DNA of 64,000 bases, taken from Nitrospiraceae bacterium (lineage in GTDB: Bacteria > Nitrospirota > Nitrospiria > Nitrospirales > UBA2166). The notes beneath the pieces were generated by a model. The model was not told the origin of the DNA. It saw only the letters and a program-made list of their open reading frames with translations, and made no database searches. The position numbers and the translations under genes were made by a program. The first letter of the stretch is position 1, and each line of letters begins with the position of its first letter. Of this stretch, positions 1-9,165 are shown in pieces. The stretch covers positions 62,001 to 126,000 of the forward strand of contig PBSN01000007.1 of the NCBI GenBank assembly GCA_002726235.1. The letters run 5' to 3'.

Positions 1-93
1 TGGGGGATACGTCGGAATCCGCTTCTAGCGGGACGACGTCCTAAGTAACCAAGGATGACCTGCAACATGCGACATATACGGGAGGATTTGACA

Positions 94-783
94 ATGGAAA
101 GAGCGAGATGGAAGACTACATTATTGCTCTTGGCATGGCTATTCCCGCTTCTGTTCATCCCGGTCTTCCCCCAGCTATCATGGGCTCAGATGCCGGTTGA
201 GGTGAATGGATCAACCTACTGGGGAGGCGGAATTGCCGGCTTGATCAATGATCGAGCAAATGAAATGTTTACTGACTTAAACTCGTCTCTCACGGGGAGC
301 AAGCCAAATGATGACACGCTTGGCTGGTACGTGAGTACGGGTATGGAAATCCCAATCTGGGGCCGCTCAAATGGACACGTCATTTTGGGCGAAATTAACA
401 TGGATTTTAGGAAGTTTGGTGGTGAGGAGGCGGGTTTCCCGGGCAGTGGGGGCGGTAAAGGTTCGGGTTTCGAGATCCATAGAGTCGACTTGATTCAGAT
501 TTCAGCCAGTTTCTCGCCGAAATATCGTTTCGATAACTTTCACTCATCTGGGCGGATCTGGCCGTGGATTATTCCAGTTGGCTTAGAGCTTGGTGCGATA
601 AGCCCTCCAGGGCCTGACGTCAATCCGATTGATATTGGTACAGTTCATGGGTTTGGCGTTGATTATATGTTGAACCGCTACTTTATCGTCGGTGTTGATT
701 TTCGGTATCACTTGGCCTCAGGTATCAATGCAATTGAAACCAGCAGCTTCACTTCAGGTGTGAAGGTCGGGCTACGGTTCTGA
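94..783 (+). CDS. Outer-membrane beta-barrel protein (opacity/OmpW-like porin family)
   Basis: GGAGG precedes ATG 94. Signal peptide ends LSWA-Q, followed by amphipathic strands (GVDYML, VGVDFRYH) and a C-terminal Phe (VGLRF). Confidence 0.75.
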   Translation: MERARWKTTLLLLAWLFPLLFIPVFPQLSWAQMPVEVNGSTYWGGGIAGLINDRANEMFTDLNSSLTGSKPNDDTLGWYVSTGMEIPIWGRSNGHVILGEINMDFRKFGGEEAGFPGSGGGKGSGFEIHRVDLIQISASFSPKYRFDNFHSSGRIWPWIIPVGLELGAISPPGPDVNPIDIGTVHGFGVDYMLNRYFIVGVDFRYHLASGINAIETSSFTSGVKVGLRF

Positions 784-804
784 GGATTTGAGGAGGTGGT
801 GCTG

Positions 805-2148
805 ATGAAACGATGGGCTGTAAAAGTTGCGAGATGGAGGGAACCAATCATGAGAAAACATGGGCCAACAACCAGGTTCGGCCCTGGGGTCCGATACGGG
901 CTCTTGGCGCTGACTGTGGTCGGTATGATGGTGGGTCCAGTCATTTCTTCAGTGCTGGCGCAAGTTGTCACTCTAACGCCAACCGAAGGGGGGGCGGCTC
1001 TGGGTGTTCAGCCTGGGACTGCGACCATCGATGTTAAGCAAAACGGAAATGCGAAAGTTACATTTGACCTTTCTGGGATACCGGCGCCAAACCCAGGCCG
1101 TGAGTGTCGTGGTCTGGACAGTGACCAGTCATTGTTGTCCGGGTGGTTTCGGTTTATCAATGACGCTGGGGAATCCACGGTTAATGCGGATAACCTAGTC
1201 GAGCGGTGGGGGCCTCCACCAACTATTATTGAGGATGCTCCTGAAGGGTGCGTTGCGGAATATCCGATTTCGCGAGGGAGAAAGCCGTTCGACCCAGAGA
1301 ATCCTGAGAGTACAGATCGAGGCGGAGGGACATCTGGCTGTTATGGGAAGGCTCCAAACGTGATTACGTGGAGTCCGATAGCCAAATCGACGGCTGGCTT
1401 CACTGCCGGGATGGGTGGAACTTCGCGTCCTGATCCGAACGGGTTTGTGTCTGATATAGACGGCGATGCGAATGCAACCCTGAAGACCAATTTTGACCCT
1501 ACCGATGGGGCAACGACACCGTTGGTTCTGAATCCATGGCATTTTGGATCGAGTGTTCCACCGTTCTGGGCGCAATGTACGAATCCAAAGGTCACTCCCG
1601 CACCGCCGGTCTGCCTTGCTGCTGGAGGAAAGCTCCGGGCGAATGACAGCGGGTATAAGCGGGTATATGAGAACAAGCCATTCAATGACCATGTTGGCCC
1701 GAATGGCGAACGCATTCCGTCGAGAATACCGGGTATCGGGGTGATCGGTGAGATGAATACTTTTGGCGAAGTTGATGAGAGGGCATATGGTCGAGGCCTT
1801 ATTTTTGATATCAACGGACCCTGTGACAACAATCCTCTCGCCAGAACGCCGTGTGGGCCTGGTGGGTTTGGAAAAGAAGGTGGTCCTCCGGCACATCCGG
1901 CTGGGCGAGATATGATGGGCTTCCCGCCGAAGCCTGGGAGTGCAAAGGGTCAGCGGTTCCAAGTTCCTGATGAAAAGGGACGGCAAACTCTTGCTCGAGC
2001 AGAGGCGACGCACATATCGGTTGTTCTGCACAACGATTGTTTGACGCATGGTCACATTCCTGGGCATGGGCCAGGGATTGGACTTCCTCCACCGGCGCAA
2101 GGGTTGCCGGATGATTTTGTCGAGATCTTGAGAGGAGAAATACGATGA
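805..2148 (+). CDS. Exported Gly/Pro-rich protein of unknown function with C-terminal His motif
   Basis: AGGAGG lies 8 nt before ATG 805. Hydrophobic leader ends VLA-Q; 8 Cys; motif HNDCLTHGHIPGHGPG. Paralog of the next gene. Confidence 0.8.
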   Translation: MKRWAVKVARWREPIMRKHGPTTRFGPGVRYGLLALTVVGMMVGPVISSVLAQVVTLTPTEGGAALGVQPGTATIDVKQNGNAKVTFDLSGIPAPNPGRECRGLDSDQSLLSGWFRFINDAGESTVNADNLVERWGPPPTIIEDAPEGCVAEYPISRGRKPFDPENPESTDRGGGTSGCYGKAPNVITWSPIAKSTAGFTAGMGGTSRPDPNGFVSDIDGDANATLKTNFDPTDGATTPLVLNPWHFGSSVPPFWAQCTNPKVTPAPPVCLAAGGKLRANDSGYKRVYENKPFNDHVGPNGERIPSRIPGIGVIGEMNTFGEVDERAYGRGLIFDINGPCDNNPLARTPCGPGGFGKEGGPPAHPAGRDMMGFPPKPGSAKGQRFQVPDEKGRQTLARAEATHISVVLHNDCLTHGHIPGHGPGIGLPPPAQGLPDDFVEILRGEIR

Positions 2149-3128
2149 AACGTATGATAGTGGTCATGTTGGTCGGGTTTGCTCTTGTGATGGCTGCTCC
2201 GGTCGGCTCCCTGCTTGGATCGTCGAGCGACGCTTTGGCCGCGGGGCCAGGGGAAAAAATGATCAAGATGTTCAAGGCGCCCTTCCTGAGCCTTCCGCTC
2301 CGCGGGTTTTACTATCCACCCGCAGTGGAAACTGACAACTTTGCGACGGTCAAGGTGTTTGAGTCTGGACAGGGAGTGCGACACTCTGAGTTGAGGTATA
2401 CGTTTAGAGGGTTAACGGCTAACACGGTGCATACCTTGTGGTTTGTCAACCTGTTTATGATTACGCGTCATAGCGCGTTCCCTGGCGTTGCTCCACCAAG
2501 TCCGCAGGGGAATCCCTACTTGCCGTGGACCTCTGGGACGGCTGGTGTAGGGTATGATGCAGATGGCGACGGTGTTCTGACTTGTGGGGAGGGTGTTAGA
2601 GGCTTTGACCCCGTTCTTACCACGGAAGAACCGACGCCGGGTAACATGAATGGTGTGGCCTTTGGAACTGGGCAGTCACCGACGTTTGACCAGAATTCCT
2701 TCTGTACAAATGAATGGGGACATGCAAATCCAGTGATTCGGTTGCCCTACGACATTACGACAAAAAATGTCCCGGCACAGACGCCTCCTCTTTTCCAAAC
2801 GGAGGTAGTCGAGTTTCCAAATGGCGAAACTCTGAAGCACCGACATGTTATCGATATTTCATACAAGCGTCTCTACGATGAGAATCCAGACTCTCCTCGG
2901 TTTGGTTTTCAAAAGGTTGATAACCTTGGACGGCCAATTTTTCAGACTTGGAGGCTCATTCCGATGGTGGTCTGTACCCACTATGATGGAGGTATTGGCA
3001 TGACCCATGGCCATCACCCTGGCAATGGGCCTGGGACTGGTCCTACTCCAACGGCGTTCGGGACGGATCATGAGTGTTTGATGGCGGCGATGCCAACCAC
3101 TCAGGCACGAGACACACAAGAGGATTAG
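2145..3128 (+). CDS. Exported protein of unknown function, paralog of the upstream gene
   Basis: ATGA overlap with the previous stop and a GAGGAG RBS. Sec signal peptide; motif THYDGGIGMTHGHHPGNGPG; DADGDG Ca-loop-like motif. Confidence 0.8.
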   Translation: MKRMIVVMLVGFALVMAAPVGSLLGSSSDALAAGPGEKMIKMFKAPFLSLPLRGFYYPPAVETDNFATVKVFESGQGVRHSELRYTFRGLTANTVHTLWFVNLFMITRHSAFPGVAPPSPQGNPYLPWTSGTAGVGYDADGDGVLTCGEGVRGFDPVLTTEEPTPGNMNGVAFGTGQSPTFDQNSFCTNEWGHANPVIRLPYDITTKNVPAQTPPLFQTEVVEFPNGETLKHRHVIDISYKRLYDENPDSPRFGFQKVDNLGRPIFQTWRLIPMVVCTHYDGGIGMTHGHHPGNGPGTGPTPTAFGTDHECLMAAMPTTQARDTQED

Positions 3129-3170
3129 CATCACGTAGAGATAGTTTAAATACGGTTTGTATTCGGCAGG

Positions 3171-3203
3171 ACGGCCTGCGTAACGGTGTTACGCAGGCCG
3201 TTT
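3171..3203 (+). terminator. Perfect 14-bp hairpin, probable intrinsic terminator or processing site
   Basis: ACGGCCTGCGTAAC-GGT-GTTACGCAGGCCGT followed by TT, 42 nt after the stop at 3128. Confidence 0.6.
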
Positions 3204-3248
3204 GGCGTTGTTAGCGAGTTTGTCACGATCAGGAGGGGTTCTCGAGAG

Positions 3249-3650
3249 GTGGTTGCGTTGATTGTCAGTCTCGTTGTTTTGACGTTTCCGATCTCAGTCG
3301 GTGCCTATCATACCCCTGATCATTTTTGTGAACAGTGTGTTGCTGAGAGTTGCGGTGGTGGGGCTTCCGATCGGAATTATTTATGGTGTGTTTCTTCAGC
3401 GTGCGGCATCGAGTGTGAGGTTTGGGTGGCGGATAGGTTCGGGGCGACTGATGGGTGTGTGGCGCAGTGTGATGCGATGCTGGAAACTTGCCAAATGGCC
3501 TCGGAAGACTCCGGTGGCCTGATTGATGATTATTGTGCGGATACCGCTCAAGCGTGTTACGTTGATTGTGAAGGTGGAGTAGAAGACGAGGATGATATGT
3601 ATATCGAGGAAGGTGGGGAAGACGGATACGCTGTCTTGGATGAGGAGTGA
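3249..3650 (+). CDS. Small exported cysteine-rich protein with acidic tail
   Basis: AGGAGG precedes GTG 3249 (the ORF-track start at 3186 lies inside the hairpin). Signal peptide ends VGA-YHTPDH; 12 Cys; D/E-rich C-terminus. Confidence 0.65.
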   Translation: MVALIVSLVVLTFPISVGAYHTPDHFCEQCVAESCGGGASDRNYLWCVSSACGIECEVWVADRFGATDGCVAQCDAMLETCQMASEDSGGLIDDYCADTAQACYVDCEGGVEDEDDMYIEEGGEDGYAVLDEE

Positions 3651-3673
3651 TGGGGTGGGGTAGATTCGTGGTG

Positions 3674-4255
3674 CTACCGTCCTGAGAGAAAGATATTTCC
3701 GTAGTATGCGATCGCGGATTGCTTGGAGTTGTCGGTATCCGTCATCAGAGCAATCCCATTAGCAAACCGTGCATCCTCACTAAAATACCGGCGGTAATCG
3801 TCGCGAATATTTCGTTTCTGTATGACCCACTGTCCGACATTGGTGTTTTTGGATTGCACTGCAATTACTATGGAATGGCGTGTATACGCGCTTTGCCATG
3901 ATGAGTTGATTGGCTGGTCGCTCGACCATACATAGGTCAGGAAACGACTGCGCCGAAACATGCCCCCATTTTGAAAAATGACATATACTCGTGCAGGGTA
4001 GTCATCTCCAGCCTTCGTAAGTTCATCCAATCCTCGCAACGTGTTATTAACACGCCACGACCAGTTTAGGTATGGGGTTTTATCGAGAGCAATATCAACC
4101 AACTTGTACAGACCTGAAGCAGAGGCTGAACTTTTGGCCATGAGTGCCCGTTTTCCATCAACTTGCCCCAAGGCGTAAGTCGTTTTTCCTTTAAATTGTT
4201 TCTCTTTCCATCCAGTCAGGTCACCTGCTTCAAAGTTTCCAATTGTTACGATCAT
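3674..4255 (-). CDS. DUF3047 domain protein
   Basis: GWKEKQFKGKTTY, SASASGL, PYLNWSWRV, GDDYPARVYV and ALMTDTDNS are typical of the family. Only the 3' part of ORF 3674..5032 is real; alternative start at 4321. Confidence 0.8.
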   Translation of the reverse strand: MIVTIGNFEAGDLTGWKEKQFKGKTTYALGQVDGKRALMAKSSASASGLYKLVDIALDKTPYLNWSWRVNNTLRGLDELTKAGDDYPARVYVIFQNGGMFRRSRFLTYVWSSDQPINSSWQSAYTRHSIVIAVQSKNTNVGQWVIQKRNIRDDYRRYFSEDARFANGIALMTDTDNSKQSAIAYYGNIFLSGR

Positions 4256-4342
4256 GATAGCAAAGTATACCTGAAGTTGATCTGTCTCGTTTAAGTGTGG
4301 CGTTTGACACCCTGTTTTCATCACCCGTAGAATGTTTCCGCA

Positions 4343-5395
4343 ATGAATGGACAGTCCAATGATCGTTTTCTGAAAGCGTGTCGGCGAGAACCCGTTGACT
4401 GTACCCCAGTCTGGTTCATGCGCCAAGCTGGCCGATACATGACGGAATATCGGAAGATACGGGAACAGTACGACATTTTGACGGTCTGCAAGACCCCAGA
4501 GCTTTCCGCAGAAGTAACTATGCAGCCGGTCCAACGCTTGGATATTGATGCGGCGATCATTTTTGCGGATATTCTTCTCCCGTTGGAGCCCATGGGTCTC
4601 AATCTGGAGTTCTCCGCAGGAGAAGGACCGGTGATCCATAATCCAGTTCGAGATAGCATCGGGGTGAGCGCGCTGAATGAAGTCGATGGCGATAGCCTTC
4701 GCTATGTCGGCGACGCGATTCGGTTGGCGCAACGAAGGCTTCAAGAACAGCCGTGTCCTATTCCGTTGATAGGGTTTGCAGGCGCACCATTTACGCTCGC
4801 TAGTTATGCTATAGAAGGAGGGGCGTCGCGTAATTACATCTATACGAAAGGAATGATGTACGGAGATCCAACGGCATGGCATGCGCTCATGGGAAAGCTG
4901 TCTCATGTCGTTACGGAGTATCTTCGAAGTCAAATCCACGCTGGAGCCCAGGTTGTTCAACTTTTTGATAGTTGGGTGGGATGTTTGAATCCGGATGACT
5001 ATCGCGAGTATGTGCTTCCACACGTGCAGCAAATCATATCGAGTTTACGTAATGAAACGGTGCCGATCATTCATTTTGGCACTGGTACTGCCACCTTGTT
5101 GGAGTTAATGAAGGAGGCTGGCGGGGATGTCATCGGGGTCGATTGGAGGACGCATATTGACGACGCATGGCAGTGTCTTGGTCCGGATGTCGCAGTACAA
5201 GGCAATCTTGATCCAGTCACACTGTTTGCTCCAATTCCAGAAATTCGGCGCCGTGTTTCGGATATTATGCGGCGTGTCGCAAAACGGCCTGGACACATCT
5301 TTAACCTCGGACACGGGATTTTGCCACAGACACCAGTTGAGCATGTCCAAGCCGTGGCGAAGATGGTTCACGAGCTGAGTGCCAACCCATCGTGA
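4343..5395 (+). CDS. hemE: Uroporphyrinogen decarboxylase
   Basis: PVWFMRQAGRY, IGFAGAPFTLASY, QGNLDP and HIFNLGHG motifs. Confidence 0.97.
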   Translation: MNGQSNDRFLKACRREPVDCTPVWFMRQAGRYMTEYRKIREQYDILTVCKTPELSAEVTMQPVQRLDIDAAIIFADILLPLEPMGLNLEFSAGEGPVIHNPVRDSIGVSALNEVDGDSLRYVGDAIRLAQRRLQEQPCPIPLIGFAGAPFTLASYAIEGGASRNYIYTKGMMYGDPTAWHALMGKLSHVVTEYLRSQIHAGAQVVQLFDSWVGCLNPDDYREYVLPHVQQIISSLRNETVPIIHFGTGTATLLELMKEAGGDVIGVDWRTHIDDAWQCLGPDVAVQGNLDPVTLFAPIPEIRRRVSDIMRRVAKRPGHIFNLGHGILPQTPVEHVQAVAKMVHELSANPS

Positions 5396-6855
5396 AGGTC
5401 ACGATTATTGGGGGAGGCATTGCTGGCCTGGCAACTGCCTACTCCTTGCTGAAACACGCTGATTCAGCAAATATTCCTGTCTCCTGTACGCTCGTCGAGT
5501 CTGCGCAACACTTCGGCGGCAAGATCCTGACCGAATTGATCGATGATTTTGTTATCGAGGGTGGCCCTGATTCGTTTCTCTCATATAAGCCGTGGGGTGT
5601 TGGGTTGTGTCGAGAACTTGGGCTTGGTGATCGCCTCATGGGCACGAATACGAAACATCATCGAACCTATGTTCTCTATAACGGGAGTCTCAGGGAGTTT
5701 CCCGAGGGGATGGTGACGCTGTCACCCTCTCAATCCCTGCCATTGCTGATGAGTCCGCTTCTCTCGTGGGCGGGAAAATTTCGATTGGTTATGGAACCTT
5801 TTATTGCCAAAGCAGCAACTGGTGGAACCGATGAATCGTTAGCGAGTTTTTTTCAACGACGGTTTGGGGTCGAGGTTTTCGAACGGCTCATTGAGCCGTT
5901 GATGACTGGGATTTATGCAGGTGATGCGGAGCAGTTGAGTCTCAAGGCGACGTTTCCGCGGTTTCTTGATTTTGAACAACAATACGGAAGTATTATCAAA
6001 GGAATGCTGGCAAGTCGTCGACAGAGAATGAAAACAAAGCTTGACACTAACGCGCGACTGACGACATTCGTCACCCTTCGCGGGGGCCTTGCTGAGATGG
6101 TTCGTGCACTGGTCGCGTCTCTGGAGCGCATTGGGAAAGAAAAAATGTTGTTGCGAACCGGTGTCAAGGTCACTGGTCTCACCAAGTTAGTTTCAGGGAA
6201 AAATCCCAAGTATGAAGTAAAATTAAGGAGTGGGGAGAGTCTCATCAGTGATGCGGTCGTGCTGGCGACGCCCGCATTTACAGCAGCAGATTTGTTAATG
6301 GCTATCGATAAAGGGATTACTGACCAGTTGCGTTACATTCCGTACACGAGTACGGCAACGGTCTCATTAGCGTATCCGGTAGCAAGTCTTTCACATGCTC
6401 ACTCTTTGAACGGGTTTGGTTTTGTTATTCCCCGGGTTGAGAATCGTCTGTTGGTCGCTTCGACATGGACCTCAACAAAATGGGCGCATCGGTCCCCGAG
6501 TGATCACGTGCTTATTCGGTGTTATCTTGGAGGTGTCGGGCGGGAAGACGTTGTGTTTCGAGATGATCAAGACATCGTTCATCTCGTACGGAAAGAACTG
6601 CGAGATATTCTTGATATCACTGCTGATCCAGCATTATCGCGAATATATCGATGGAAGAATGCCATTCCGCAGTATCTGGTTGGACATCTTGATCGGCTTG
6701 TTGAGATTGAAAAACGTTTAATTCAGTATCCTGGGTTGTGTGTGACAGGATCAGCCTACCGGGGTGTGGGTTTGCCGGATTGTATTCACGAAGGTGACCT
6801 GACTGCGAAAAAAATAGTCGATTACTTCCTGGACTCAGGGTTGGTAAAACAATAG
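5392..6855 (+). CDS. hemY: Copro/protoporphyrinogen oxidase (HemY/CgoX family)
   Basis: IIGGGIAGL FAD motif, EGGPDSF, GIYAGD, PQYLVGH and GVGLPDCI. Confidence 0.93.
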   Translation: MKVTIIGGGIAGLATAYSLLKHADSANIPVSCTLVESAQHFGGKILTELIDDFVIEGGPDSFLSYKPWGVGLCRELGLGDRLMGTNTKHHRTYVLYNGSLREFPEGMVTLSPSQSLPLLMSPLLSWAGKFRLVMEPFIAKAATGGTDESLASFFQRRFGVEVFERLIEPLMTGIYAGDAEQLSLKATFPRFLDFEQQYGSIIKGMLASRRQRMKTKLDTNARLTTFVTLRGGLAEMVRALVASLERIGKEKMLLRTGVKVTGLTKLVSGKNPKYEVKLRSGESLISDAVVLATPAFTAADLLMAIDKGITDQLRYIPYTSTATVSLAYPVASLSHAHSLNGFGFVIPRVENRLLVASTWTSTKWAHRSPSDHVLIRCYLGGVGREDVVFRDDQDIVHLVRKELRDILDITADPALSRIYRWKNAIPQYLVGHLDRLVEIEKRLIQYPGLCVTGSAYRGVGLPDCIHEGDLTAKKIVDYFLDSGLVKQ

Positions 6856-7211
6856 CATGGGCAATTGGGAGATGCGGATTTGAACTTGGGGGTGCTTGGG
6901 GGATGTGCTGGCGGTTCTCATCTCTTCCCGTCTCTAGGTATGCGCACGCTGTGTTTCTCAGTGAGATTCAAAATCGCCTCTGGCCAATGAGCCATGTTAT
7001 TATTCTGTAGCCCAGTGTGGGCTCGAATGAGAGGCACGGCCCATCCAATCGTTGAAATAATCTGTGGCCAATGTGAGAGTGCTTCATGCTGATTGTTGGT
7101 TGCGATCATTGAGCAGTCTGGATACAAGGTATCATGGAGATATTGACAAGCGTTTGCGGGGTCGTTGTATGGTGGAAAAACACTCTGCGGCTGTGACTAG
7201 TTTCGAAAATT

Positions 7212-7445
7212 ATGGATATTGTTGTTAACGACGAGCCTTGTCAGGTTGATGAAGGCCTTTTGGTGAGTGGGCTTCTTGCGCAGTTAGGATTGTCGTTAAG
7301 GTATCTTGTGGTGGAGCGAAATCGCGTGATTATTCCTCATGACGCGTTTGACACAACGGTTTTGGCTGCCGATGATCGCGTGGAGGTTATTCGTTTTATT
7401 GGAGGGGGATGCGATCAATACACCCCGCATAATAGCAGAATATAA
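7212..7445 (+). CDS. thiS: Sulfur carrier ThiS with an 11-aa extension after GGG
   Basis: VVERNRVII..DRVEVIRFIGGG; directly upstream of thiG. Confidence 0.85.
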   Translation: MDIVVNDEPCQVDEGLLVSGLLAQLGLSLRYLVVERNRVIIPHDAFDTTVLAADDRVEVIRFIGGGCDQYTPHNSRI

Positions 7446-7462
7446 TATAGTGGTGAGGTAGG

Positions 7463-8287
7463 GTGATTGACGTGAAGAACACGACGCTAGAGGAACAGGC
7501 GAAGATTTCGGCAGGTGTTGATCCAGATCTGTTAGTGATCGCCGGGATGGAATTCAAATCTCGTCTTTGGGTTGGCACTGGAAAGTATAAAGATTTTCGT
7601 GAAACGAAGCAGGCCATTGAGGCCTCGGGTGCCGAAGTGGTAACGGTGGCCGTGCGGCGTGTTAATATCACAGACCGAGGGCAAGAGAATCTGCTTGATT
7701 ATATTGATCCCAAGAAGTACTACATTCTCCCCAATACCGCGGGGTGTTATACAGTTGAGGATGCTCTTCGAGTGTCTAGGCTTGCTAGGACTGCCGGCAT
7801 CTCTGATATGGTAAAGCTTGAGGTCATTGGAGATGAGCAGACGCTGTTTCCTGATACAGAAGGCTTGATCGAAGCTGCGAGAATTTTAGTCAAAGAAGGA
7901 TTCATCGTTTTGCCGTATACAAATGATGATCCCATCGTGGCGAGAAAACTTGTTGATGTGGGATGTCCGGCTGTCATGCCACTCGCAGCACCAATTGGAT
8001 CAGGCCTGGGTATTCGGAATCCTTATACCCTGCGTATTATTCTTGAAACCATTAAGGTGCCAGTGATTGTGGATGCTGGTGTTGGAATCGCATCGGATGC
8101 GGCGCTGGCAATGGAATATGGTAGTGATGCGGTGTTGATGAATACTGCGATTGCCGGCGCAAAGGATCCAGTCAAAATGGCACGTGCCATGAACTATGGA
8201 GTCCAAGCAGGCCGCCTAGCTTATCTGGCTGGGCGAATACCGAAGAAATTATACGCCACAGCGAGTAGCCCTGAACCGGATCTTTAA
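7463..8287 (+). CDS. thiG: Thiazole synthase
   Basis: [37 protein letters not shown] and VDAGVG. Confidence 0.97.
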   Translation: MIDVKNTTLEEQAKISAGVDPDLLVIAGMEFKSRLWVGTGKYKDFRETKQAIEASGAEVVTVAVRRVNITDRGQENLLDYIDPKKYYILPNTAGCYTVEDALRVSRLARTAGISDMVKLEVIGDEQTLFPDTEGLIEAARILVKEGFIVLPYTNDDPIVARKLVDVGCPAVMPLAAPIGSGLGIRNPYTLRIILETIKVPVIVDAGVGIASDAALAMEYGSDAVLMNTAIAGAKDPVKMARAMNYGVQAGRLAYLAGRIPKKLYATASSPEPDL

Positions 8288-8384
8288 TAAAGGTTTTCTT
8301 TTCCTCTACGGGTCATTGTGGTGATCCACTCAGCGAGGTCGATGTCACGATGCGTGGATTTCAGTTTGGCGTGAGCCCTTATTC

Positions 8385-9029
8385 ATGCCCCGAATTGATT
8401 TTTCTCTCTATCTGATCACCGACCGGCATAATACTGCTGGTCGCCCTCTCCATGTCGTGCTTAACGCAGCGCTTGAGCATGGTGTTCGTGCAGTTCAGAT
8501 TCGAGAAAAAGATTTACCCGTCCGGTCGCTACTGACTCTTACCAGAGAAATTGCCACACAGACCGAAAGATGTGCTGCCAGGTGTTTCGTTAACGATCGT
8601 GTTGATGTGTGTTTATCCGTTCCTGGTGTTGGGATTCATCTGCGGTCTGACAGCCTTCCGGTTGATAAGGTTCGCCGGTTGGTCGGACCAGATCGACTTA
8701 TTGCGGTGTCAACGCACAGTGTTGATGAGGTTAAGCGTGCGGAACAGCAGGGAGCTGATTTTGTGGTACTGGGTCCGATCTATGATACGCCATCAAAGCG
8801 CGCATTTGGGCAACCGATTGGACTCGCTGCCATCGATATGGCGCGCAGCAAAAGTAGCTTTCCTGTTTTTGCTATTGGAGGGATCACGCGAGAGAATGTT
8901 GGTGAGGTGATGGGAGTTGGGGCATCAGGGGTTGCTGTAATTTCTGAGATCATGGCAGCCCCGGATGTTGGTCTCACCACGCGGGAGCTATGTTTAGAAA
9001 TTGCGCGTCACCGCACAGTAATACGTTGA
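8385..9029 (+). CDS. thiE: Thiamine-phosphate synthase (ThiE/TenI family)
   Basis: LYLITD, VQIREKD, NDRVDV, STHS, GPIYDTPSK and AIGGI. Confidence 0.85.
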   Translation: MPRIDFSLYLITDRHNTAGRPLHVVLNAALEHGVRAVQIREKDLPVRSLLTLTREIATQTERCAARCFVNDRVDVCLSVPGVGIHLRSDSLPVDKVRRLVGPDRLIAVSTHSVDEVKRAEQQGADFVVLGPIYDTPSKRAFGQPIGLAAIDMARSKSSFPVFAIGGITRENVGEVMGVGASGVAVISEIMAAPDVGLTTRELCLEIARHRTVIR

Positions 9030-9165
9030 GTTGACCACCCTATAGGGCTGTGAAACAATGCCGCAATTATCAGCCGATCGTTTATGTTTGGAGCATGCAA
9101 AGGTTTCGGGTTGATGAGAGATATCAAACTTTGCGGTGAAGTGTGGGAATCTGAGGATATTATTG

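Noticed and set aside
1195..2100. 301-aa minus-strand ORF
   Set aside because: Antisense to the 450-aa gene, Arg-rich shadow composition, no motifs.
3600..3650. Acidic EEGGE tail as the missing Pup
   Set aside because: GGE is not terminal and the protein has a signal peptide.
3674..5032. 452-aa minus-strand ORF as a single gene
   Set aside because: Its N-terminal 60% is the antisense shadow of hemE; only the DUF3047 part (to 4255 or 4321) looks like a protein.
6856..7211. TPP riboswitch upstream of thiS
   Set aside because: GGGGTGC is present, but the CTGAGA and ACCTGA..TAA..GCG.AGG elements are not.
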